This document shows positions 10,661 through 18,988 of a DNA stretch of 39,902 bases, piece after piece. Each line of letters opens with the position of its first letter. The first letter of the stretch is position 1. The notes under the pieces are model-generated. The model did not search any database. It had not been told where the DNA came from and worked only from the letters and a program-made list of their open reading frames with translations. Source of the DNA: Trichomonas gallinae (lineage: Eukaryota); assembly GCA_008369845.1 (NCBI GenBank), contig MRSU01000017.1, positions 1-39,902 on the forward strand, written 5' to 3'. The position numbers were made by a program, and so were the translations under genes.

Positions 10661-12694
10661 TTATTTTCTTACTTCTTCGAAGTTTTCTCCAGCATAGCCC
10701 CAAGTTGGCTTATCTGGATACTTTGCGAGTAAAGTTGACACTCCTTTGCATATAAATTCCTGCATGATTGCTTCGTGGTACTCCAACGCGTGTCTTCTTA
10801 CATTCTTTCTAGGGTGATACTGGTGAAGAAGTGGTGTCTGATGTACATACAATACATATCCCGGCAGTAGTCTCATCATCTTTGCATTCATTGCAGCATC
10901 AATATTAGGATTAGCAGGATACTCAATAAATCCATTCAATGCTCCCCAGAGATGCTTAGAAAGCATCATGAAATCTCCACTTCCACACAAAAGCGCGAAA
11001 TTGTCGAAATCTTTTTCAGATGCAATCGGGGTGTAAAATGCCGTAGGCCGGCATCTTGCTTTGAAGACATTAGGACCTAATTTAGCCATATCATTCGAGC
11101 TTCCCATCAAACTTAAAACTTCATCGATGTTTGTGTAGTCAGTCCAATTCTCTTTCAAGTCCCACCTTATCATCCTATAAAGGGCACCGCGCGAAAACTG
11201 TTTACCAGCAGCAGCAGTGAAAAAGTCGGGCGGAATGATATCATCTGGATTCATTGTAGCAATCATTCTTCCAAATGAGCGTCTGACGCCAATATTCTTA
11301 GCTATATACTCCAGGAATGGATAAGAAGCGTTCATCTGGCGGCAAATGTGCATATGGAAAAGCGTTGGAACTGTTATGAATCTAAAACGTTTTTTGAGTA
11401 GTGGAGGGATTTCAACGACCTCTGAGAGCGGAGGTTTATCAGTTGGACCAGCGTAATCTACAAAAACAACTTCGAACGATGTTAATGGCTCTTTCTTGAA
11501 ATTGTATTCAAGCGATTTGATGAAATTATTTGTCCGTACAAGGAATCCGTTTGAAAAGTTATCATTGCGGCCAGTTACAACGATGCTTAGATATGGTTTT
11601 TTATCAAATGGACTCTGGAAGTGTTTAAATGCGTTAATAAGCATTTCTTTGACGTCTGCATTCTCATTGCCCACGAGAGCAGTTTGTTCTGATAAAGGAT
11701 GAGGATCTGAAATATTCGGAAACTCTTTGAACGTGATTTTGCACTGTGGACCAACGACATGGAATATAGCTTGCTTCATTGAGATGTTTGATGCCCCGTA
11801 AATTGAAAAATGACCAGATCTTCCTTCTTTCATCTGTTTTCTAAGGAATTTAGCTGCTGTATCCGAATCAATGCTGTGAACTGTATCTGTATCTTTGACC
11901 ATAACTTCTGTGCGTCCCACAGCATAGCATTCACGCGCAGCACGCATCAAAGGATTATCAAGATCGTAAATCGCTTCGCTGTCGACTGTGTAAGGGACAT
12001 CAACGTAAAGACCACCTATTTTCATGACTTTTTCGAGAAGATCTGGAATATGAGAGCTTGGAAGAGCGACAACAAATGGAATTTGTCTCTCATTTAAGAA
12101 TTTCAAGAGATATTTAAAGTATAACTTGGCTCTAGACACGATGAATGATTCATTTGTCGCGGTGCCGAATCTCGGTGGCGGTGGCTGGTAGACAACGAAT
12201 GCAGATTTAAACGAGAAGTTTGTAAAAAGCGTTTGAGATGTTTCGGATGAGAAGTCAACATCGTATATGCTCTTAATTGCAGTAATTGGGATGCTTTTTC
12301 GTTGATATTTTCTGATCATTGCTTGTCCAATCGCTGTTTGTGCTCCAATTATGAGCATTCTCTTAGCATCATAGTCATCGACAGACGTAATTTCGTCAAA
12401 ACCACGTCTAAACTCGTGCACGTAATGACTTCGATTTATACACCTGTCTTCGCTATTTATTAGATTTTTATATATAAATTTCGATCCTTCATCGTTGGAT
12501 AAAAGTGATGGAATAGTCACTTCTAGCCATTTGTTTCTTCTGTTGAATTCTCGAACTTTAGCGAAACTCTGGCTGTACATTAGTGACCCAATGCCATAGC
12601 ACAAGCAAGATACACCGAATATAAACGAAAATATCAAACTTGGACTGCGCATAATCAACCGCTTCAAATGATGTCGTTGACGAGAATTCAGCAT
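10661..12694 (-). CDS. Type II membrane protein: degenerate Rossmann/epimerase-like domain plus C-terminal GT-A (GT2-like) glycosyltransferase
   Basis: N-terminal TM, then MLIIGAQTAIG (degenerate GxxGxxG). C-terminal part has PYLSIVVTGRNDN, EVVFVDY, AKNIGVRRS, NPDD and GDFMML...W...GF. Confidence 0.72.
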   Translation of the reverse strand: MLNSRQRHHLKRLIMRSPSLIFSFIFGVSCLCYGIGSLMYSQSFAKVREFNRRNKWLEVTIPSLLSNDEGSKFIYKNLINSEDRCINRSHYVHEFRRGFDEITSVDDYDAKRMLIIGAQTAIGQAMIRKYQRKSIPITAIKSIYDVDFSSETSQTLFTNFSFKSAFVVYQPPPPRFGTATNESFIVSRAKLYFKYLLKFLNERQIPFVVALPSSHIPDLLEKVMKIGGLYVDVPYTVDSEAIYDLDNPLMRAARECYAVGRTEVMVKDTDTVHSIDSDTAAKFLRKQMKEGRSGHFSIYGASNISMKQAIFHVVGPQCKITFKEFPNISDPHPLSEQTALVGNENADVKEMLINAFKHFQSPFDKKPYLSIVVTGRNDNFSNGFLVRTNNFIKSLEYNFKKEPLTSFEVVFVDYAGPTDKPPLSEVVEIPPLLKKRFRFITVPTLFHMHICRQMNASYPFLEYIAKNIGVRRSFGRMIATMNPDDIIPPDFFTAAAGKQFSRGALYRMIRWDLKENWTDYTNIDEVLSLMGSSNDMAKLGPNVFKARCRPTAFYTPIASEKDFDNFALLCGSGDFMMLSKHLWGALNGFIEYPANPNIDAAMNAKMMRLLPGYVLYVHQTPLLHQYHPRKNVRRHALEYHEAIMQEFICKGVSTLLAKYPDKPTWGYAGENFEEVRK

Positions 12695-12702
12695 TGTAAA
12701 GA

Positions 12703-12710
12703 GTCACTTT
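12703..12710 (-). promoter_or_regulatory. AAAGTGAC (motif-2-type core promoter element)
   Basis: Exact match on the minus strand ending 8 nt before ATG 12694. Confidence 0.6.
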
Positions 12711-12800
12711 TTTGCAAAATTTTGTAAATTTAGGGTCCACCCTTTTTAAGAAATTTTGACGATGTAAAGTGTCAAAAAGGCAGTGATAAAGGTTGGGGGA

Positions 12801-12955
12801 TATAGTCATCATCGTTTTTATTGGAATCACCATGACTTTATTTGAATAAAGTGAATTTGGAATAATGCTATAATTTGGACTTAAGTCGAATTTGGAATAA
12901 TGAGCTTTACTCGAAAAAAGTCATGGTGATTCCAATAAAAACGATGATGACTATA
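12801..12955. mobile_element. MITE (non-autonomous TIR element, probably Tc1/mariner superfamily with TA target duplication)
   Basis: Perfect 39-bp inverted repeat at 12801-12839 and 12917-12955, including the terminal TA at each end. Internal GAATTTGGAATAATG repeat at 12853 and 12888. No coding capacity. Confidence 0.82.
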
Positions 12956-12974
12956 AACCTCGTTGACAGATGGG

Positions 12975-13310
12975 TATCGCCTGCGTTAAGCGACAAGCTG
13001 TCCCATTGTTTTAGCTGTCAAATAAGGAAAATTTACAATGTCAGATTGTCGGATTTCATTTCAAAATTTGAAAAGATTTGAAAAGTTGTCATGTAAAATA
13101 TAATTAGTCAATTTTTAAAAAAAGAGGGTAGAATTCAAATGTTTATTGAATATGTTGTATAATCCTAAAGAATACGATTTGAAAGCCTAAACACCATAAC
13201 TATTCTCTCTGGATAGAGCGATGTCATTAATCCTATATATAGATATTTTGTTTGTTCTGTAAATTCATGTGAAAAGTCTTTGATATCGCCTGCGTTATGC
13301 AGCAAGCTGT
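12975..13310. repeat. 27-bp dispersed direct repeat
   Basis: TATCGCCTGCGTTAAGCGACAAGCTGT at 12975-13001 versus TATCGCCTGCGTTATGCAGCAAGCTGT at 13284-13310, 3 mismatches. Confidence 0.8.
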
Positions 13311-13764
13311 TGCAAATTAAATTGTGGATTACTTCTACTATAGAATTTAGCCTCTAAACCTAATTCTTAACTTTTGCTCCATCAATGTTTTACTGCTGAA
13401 AAATATGTTTCAATGACCGCATGAATTAACGAAAAAAAGAATCATTTGAAGCTAGAAAACATCATTAAAATTGGAATATATTTGTGTGAGAGGAAATTTT
13501 TGGTGTTAATTTATCTCATCCGGAGTCTTATGGAATACTTGCTGATGTCGTGACAAAAAAAAATTGTCCATTAAAATATTTACATGTCAAAAAGAGATTT
13601 GTCATGTAAAAAATAATTTGTCAAATTAATTTTTTATGTGAGAACGATATGAAGCTATATGAAAAGTGAACTATAGCATGTACCAGATATGATTTTATTG
13701 GTTTTTCGATTTATAAATTTACAAAGGGGCATAAAAAATTAATTAGGGTGTTTCAGATTTTCAA

Positions 13765-15714
13765 ATGGCGGATTATTATATTTTAACTGATCTGGATCAA
13801 TTTGCATCAAAAATTTCGCGATTCAAATACGGATGCTGTGCCATGTACGCCAATAAAATCGCGTTTGGCGCCCCAGCTGGAAGTGTCCATCTTTATAATC
13901 TTCAGGAAGCTTCCTCGCCAATGATTGTATCAATACCCAGCATTGTTACGGCAATTCAACTGCTGTCGTTTTCTCCTGGCGGCAAGTTTTTAGCTGTAGG
14001 AGGAAACTCATCTCTTCATTTCATAGAAGATCCACTAACTAACCCGGTTGTCAGTTATTCTGTCGATCTAAAAGGTAAAAGACCTACCGTTGTTGGCTGG
14101 ATTTCAGAGCCGCCGCCAAAAATTTCAAGAACCCCATTTCTTATTATTGGCGATGATACAGGCGGTGTTTGGACTGTCAAACATCAGACAGCTGATTATA
14201 TTACTACTGTTAACTCTCAAATAGTTCAATTACAGTATATCAATGAGGAATCAATTCTTATTGGCGCAAAATCAGGTCCATGCTTCATAAAAGCTGGAAA
14301 TGTTGTCAATATAAGAGGCAAGAAAACCGCTGGTGACTTTGGATGTTTATATTCCCCTGTACATAATGCGATATTTTTCTCTAAGCCAGATGCAATACTT
14401 TTAATCGCATCCCCAGAAGGCAAACCTCAGGCAAAGATCAATCTTTTAGAACAAAACACAGCTCCAGAGAATATTTCGACAAATCTTGGTTCTTTGTTAT
14501 TATGCTCTTCATTTTTGATCTCCATTGGCCAGGGTTGTCTCACATATATCGTTAACTTGAACAAAGGCACCCCAGAAAGACATTTTGTTCCAACATCAGA
14601 TTTTTGTGATTATTCTGTTTATAAGAATTACGCGCTTTTGATGTGGAAGGAAAAGATAACTTTGTTCAAGGTCTGCGAAACCAATGAGGAATATTACAGA
14701 CACTTAGTTGACCAAAAACAATTTTCAAAAGCCCAAAATTTGGCCATAAAAGACAATGTTAAGGACATGAAGCTACTGAAACTGATGTCCGTTGATCCTT
14801 CTCCTGAATTCGAGCAATATCTGCAGAAAGTAGACTTCGAGAGCCAGCCGCAGCCTCTTAAATCAGTTGACCAAGAGTTCTACAATTCACTGATGAACAG
14901 TATCGACTCTACATCAATAGAAAAGCTCAAAGTCATGCTCCCGCAGCTTGCTTTGGAGCCGGAAGTTGTTTCCCAAGTCAGAAAGTTCGTCATACAGAAT
15001 CCAAATGAATTCTTCAACTGGTCGAAGTTTTTGAACGCTGATGACATTGTTCCACAGATCAATTCAAAACCAGAATGCGCGTCGATCGTCAAGAAAATCG
15101 CTGCACAAGGTCAATCGCAGTTGTGCAGAATGATATCTAACATACAAAGCGTCGACATTTCGATGCTAGTCGCTAATTCTCCGCCGATTTACTTGCACAA
15201 TATTGATGAAGGGCGGCAGAACTTGTTTATCGAGAAGATGTCAAAACTTGATGAATTCTCGGAATTCTGTCAGCCTGAGAAAGAAGAGAAGTTTATGGAC
15301 TCTCCTTATGAAGAACTCGCGAAGAAAGTCGGCGAAAATCCGACACCTTTCGAAGTCTTGAATTTGCTCAAACTCAGCGATTGGAACGAAAAGATCAACG
15401 AAGCTGTAGATGAGCTATCAAACCAAGCAGAAAAATTTTCGCTGCAGAGCGTCACAAGGCCACTACCGCCGTGGGTCGAGCACATGATAGAATCAGAGAA
15501 AAGTGATACATTTACTGAAATCAAAGGAGAAAAATGTTCGGCTGGAAATTGGGGTGTTCATCCTGATTTGTCTGCCTGCCCCATATGCGGATTCTCTCTT
15601 AACCTCGGAGAAAACACAACAAGCGCTGTCACATTTCCATGTGGTCACACATATCACATCAGCTGCTTGAAAATGAGATACTGTCCAGTCTGCTATTCTA
15701 GGAAATTAAAATAA
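13765..15714 (+). CDS. HPS5: HPS5/TECPR2-like beta-propeller protein with a C-terminal RING finger (BLOC-2 subunit-like)
   Basis: N-terminal blades (IAFGAPAGSVHLY, IGDDTGGV, SKPDAILLIASPEGK) resemble HPS5 (LALGSSGGGLHL, VGDHAGKV, ARPGSRMWEVNFDG, recalled from memory). C-terminal WG...CPIC...CGHTYHISCL...CPVC. Confidence 0.62.
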   Translation: MADYYILTDLDQFASKISRFKYGCCAMYANKIAFGAPAGSVHLYNLQEASSPMIVSIPSIVTAIQLLSFSPGGKFLAVGGNSSLHFIEDPLTNPVVSYSVDLKGKRPTVVGWISEPPPKISRTPFLIIGDDTGGVWTVKHQTADYITTVNSQIVQLQYINEESILIGAKSGPCFIKAGNVVNIRGKKTAGDFGCLYSPVHNAIFFSKPDAILLIASPEGKPQAKINLLEQNTAPENISTNLGSLLLCSSFLISIGQGCLTYIVNLNKGTPERHFVPTSDFCDYSVYKNYALLMWKEKITLFKVCETNEEYYRHLVDQKQFSKAQNLAIKDNVKDMKLLKLMSVDPSPEFEQYLQKVDFESQPQPLKSVDQEFYNSLMNSIDSTSIEKLKVMLPQLALEPEVVSQVRKFVIQNPNEFFNWSKFLNADDIVPQINSKPECASIVKKIAAQGQSQLCRMISNIQSVDISMLVANSPPIYLHNIDEGRQNLFIEKMSKLDEFSEFCQPEKEEKFMDSPYEELAKKVGENPTPFEVLNLLKLSDWNEKINEAVDELSNQAEKFSLQSVTRPLPPWVEHMIESEKSDTFTEIKGEKCSAGNWGVHPDLSACPICGFSLNLGENTTSAVTFPCGHTYHISCLKMRYCPVCYSRKLK

Positions 15715-15924
15715 AGCTATTGTTTGTTTAGTCAAATTATAATTTATCGCATTCTCATCATTATGTATTATTAAAAACAATAATGATAATTTCCTAGCAG
15801 ATAATGCTTTATGTTAACATAAACGTGGACTCTTTTGGTATAATAAAAATATTCAGTGATTTAACGAGGATTTTCACGAAGGTCATTTTGATATCTGTCT
15901 AAGTTGTAATAAAATGTGACTTAA

Positions 15925-16020
15925 TCCTGGTACAGTGAGCAAGAATTTGACAACTTCTTATTGGTCATTTATTGAAGCAATAATCAAAGCTGCTCTGTTG
16001 TTATCGTCTTTTGTCACTGC
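15925..16020 (-). pseudogene. Single ankyrin-repeat relic with an in-frame stop
   Basis: Minus strand translates AVTKDDNNRAALIIASINDQ*EVVKFLLTVPG, with the stop at 15958-15960. Not in the ORF track. Confidence 0.75.
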
Positions 16021-16045
16021 TAACGAATTATAAATAACTGGTTAC

Positions 16046-16275
16046 AGTTGCTATGTAAAAAGTGAAGGTATTTGCATATTGATATGATATAAAATAAAAA
16101 AAAATAATTTATACAGGGGATATTTGGTGTCAAACCCTAAAATATGAAATTTCATAAATATTTGATTGAAGTTGCTATGTAAAAAGTGAAAGTATTTGCA
16201 TATTGATATGATATCAAATAAAAAATGCAAAATATAATTTATGCAGGGGATAATTGGTGTCAGGCCCTAAAATAT
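16046..16275. repeat. ~100-bp duplication (124-bp period) directly upstream of the quinone reductase gene
   Basis: AGTTGCTATGTAAAAAGTGAA...CAGGGGATA.TTGGTGTCA..CCCTAAAATAT at 16046-16145 and 16170-16275. Confidence 0.9.
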
Positions 16276-16293
16276 AAAAGTTCGTTATCAATA

Positions 16294-17055
16294 ATGCGTG
16301 TTTTCCTTGTTATTGCGCACGACGAGCCTCATCAGCGCTCATTTTGCCATGCTGCTTTTAGGAAGGCAGTTGAGACACTCAAACTCAACAAGCACGAAGT
16401 TATGACGCTTGATCTTTATGAATCAGATTTTACAAAATTACCTTCACTCGATGATTTTATTGAAGCAAATCCATCGCTCACACTCAATGAACACGCCAAG
16501 AAAGGTTTATACAAAGAAGAAATACTCAGATGCCAATGCTGTGTAGAATGGTGCACACATCTCATGCTTTTCACACCTCTCCACTGGCTTTCACCAAGTG
16601 CAGCACTTATGGGATGGTGGGAGAAAGTTTTTGGAGAAGGTTGGGCATTTTCTGATGGCACAAAAGGAAGAACAGGCTTTATGAATGGAAAGAAGGCTAT
16701 GGTATGTGTTACATGCGGTATGAATCAGAGTTTTTATGCTAAGGATGCAGTTCATATTACAGTTGAAGAGCTTATGTATAATCTTACATTCCGCTGCTTC
16801 GCTCAGTGCGGCTTCACACCACTCCGCACGCAAGCATTCTTCGGATTATTGAATGCTGATCCACAAACACGTGTTGATATGCTCAATTCATGGAGTGAAC
16901 ATGTTATGAACTTAGAAACTCGTGATGCTATTGAATTTGTCTTGTCAGAAGAAGAACGTAAGAGACAAGGAATTGATTCGAAGAGCAATCACCAAATTTT
17001 AGCAGAACTTGGTGATTTACCATTAATGGTCAAGAAAAACCCATATGGCTTCTAA
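16294..17055 (+). CDS. Flavodoxin-like fold NAD(P)H:quinone oxidoreductase (NQO/MdaB/KefF family)
   Basis: MRVFLVIAH...SFCHA, DLY, TPLHWLSPSAALMGWWEKVF and GKKAMVCVTCG. ATG 16294 is preferred because the track's extra N-terminus lies inside the upstream duplication. Confidence 0.88.
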   Translation: MRVFLVIAHDEPHQRSFCHAAFRKAVETLKLNKHEVMTLDLYESDFTKLPSLDDFIEANPSLTLNEHAKKGLYKEEILRCQCCVEWCTHLMLFTPLHWLSPSAALMGWWEKVFGEGWAFSDGTKGRTGFMNGKKAMVCVTCGMNQSFYAKDAVHITVEELMYNLTFRCFAQCGFTPLRTQAFFGLLNADPQTRVDMLNSWSEHVMNLETRDAIEFVLSEEERKRQGIDSKSNHQILAELGDLPLMVKKNPYGF

Positions 17056-17537
17056 TATATATCTATTTCTAACAATAAAAATGTATAAGTTTCATTCTCA
17101 AATCAAATCTATTTAGATTTAAATTAAAACAAAATATTTTATTACAAAATAGATAACAAGAAATTGAACTCGTTTACATCGGATAGGAGATTGGATTTAT
17201 CAAATAAAAATATCAGGAAATCAATAATAAAATTATTTTGAATGTTTTATTGAAATTACGATGCTAAGCGAAGAGTTATGATCATCAATCGAATATGAAA
17301 GTCGAATATATAATGATTTTCAATCCATCAATGAACAAAGAAAAAAATATATAATGAACAGACAATAATAATAATATTACTCATATTTTATACGAGAAAA
17401 AGTAAAATTGATACTATACATTAATTAATATTACATCGTTTATATTCACCTGTTGATGTTGACATGTTAAAGTGTAAAGTGTCGAATTCTGACGTGTAAA
17501 TTATGTCACTTTTTCATATACTTAAGGTTAATTTATA

Positions 17538-18719
17538 ATGTCGCAAACTCGAGCTTTAGTTCGGTCTAATTCGAATAAGCTAATACTAGATGCCCTCCAA
17601 GATGCTGGGATTCCTTTTTCTACTACAGACTCAAATGCAATCTTAATTGTCGAAGATCCTACTTTTAAAATTAATAATACGAATCAAAAAAAGGATTCAC
17701 AATGGGAAGTAACAAATAAAATCAATGGTATCAGCGTTTTATATACAGGAACACTATTTTCACGTCTTTATCAAAAATTTTCAAGAATAATTCCAGATAA
17801 GTTTAATTTTATGCCACCTACATATATACTTCCATATCAAAACATAGAAATGATGAAAAAAATTAAGAAAAATGGAAGAAATTTATTCATTTATAAAACA
17901 GATCCGAAAAATAACGAACCTGGAACGGTTTGTTTGTCTCCCGCAGATTATATGGTGATGAGTGATCAGCCTGCAATTGGACAAAAAAGAATTGACAGCG
18001 TTATTATTGATTGTCAAGAAATTAAGATCTCTGTATTTGTTTTAATAGCTTCCGTCGTGCCTTTAGTCATTTTTACTTACAAAGAAGGTATAACTCATTA
18101 TTTTGATAATGAAAATGGAAAATATGAAGATAAAGTTAATAAGAATTCGAACTTCCAAAATTTATCCGAATTTTTGCAAAGACTAGAGGATGAATTTAAT
18201 ATTAAAACCAAGAAATCATGGAAAACTATCAACGAAATAATTATTTTGTCGATGGCTCTAGTTCATCCATATATAAAGGAGTATAACGCTGAAAGTTATC
18301 CATACAGTCATAATTTTCAATTATTGCAGTATGATTTTTTAATTGATTCATCTTGGAAGTTTTATTTACAAAAAATCAGTCCTATTATTACAACTGATCA
18401 TAATGATATACAGGAATATCTCATTAAAGTCAATTTCGTTAGAGATTCATTTTTAGGAGCAATTCCAATCAATGAGATTCAGCAAATCTCAGATGCAAGA
18501 AGGTATTGGTGGACAAATCTATCCGATATGTCATCACAGGTTTCTCGAGAATTTTTCAATTCTAACCCAATAATCGACGAAAATCTTAAGAAACACTTTA
18601 GTTCCGAAAAGAAGTACGCTAACTTCATGATGGCATTTCCATGTAAAAACGCTAAGGAAGAATACGTTCCAATAATTGATAGAATTTATGCAACTCCAAG
18701 AGAGTTATTTAAACAATGA
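17538..18719 (+). CDS. Divergent tubulin-tyrosine-ligase-like (TTLL) protein, probably inactive
   Basis: FMPPTYILP, FIYK, QKRID, VFVLIASVVPLVIFTYKEG and NFQLLQYDFLIDS match TTL-domain order. The EVN motif is replaced by KIS. Confidence 0.75.
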   Translation: MSQTRALVRSNSNKLILDALQDAGIPFSTTDSNAILIVEDPTFKINNTNQKKDSQWEVTNKINGISVLYTGTLFSRLYQKFSRIIPDKFNFMPPTYILPYQNIEMMKKIKKNGRNLFIYKTDPKNNEPGTVCLSPADYMVMSDQPAIGQKRIDSVIIDCQEIKISVFVLIASVVPLVIFTYKEGITHYFDNENGKYEDKVNKNSNFQNLSEFLQRLEDEFNIKTKKSWKTINEIIILSMALVHPYIKEYNAESYPYSHNFQLLQYDFLIDSSWKFYLQKISPIITTDHNDIQEYLIKVNFVRDSFLGAIPINEIQQISDARRYWWTNLSDMSSQVSREFFNSNPIIDENLKKHFSSEKKYANFMMAFPCKNAKEEYVPIIDRIYATPRELFKQ

Positions 18720-18988
18720 TTTTTGTTTATATTGTTTGTTATTGCGTAAAATTTATATGTTTACATTCAAGATAATTTTTTTAATTATTAAAATATTTCT
18801 TTAAATTTTGTTTGCGATTTGGATATATCTGGTAGAATGTGTGTTTATGCTCTATTTTACTATGAAATATTTTAGTATAGTATCAGAATTGCAGAAAATA
18901 AATGGTTCATATATTTGTCGCGTAATTATCATATACGACATGTAAAAATATATTTTTGTCGTGTAAAATAATATATTTGTCAAAAATT

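Noticed and set aside
12558..13081. Two ORFs sharing MVIPIKTMMTI
   Set aside because: An artefact of reading the MITE inverted repeat on both strands.
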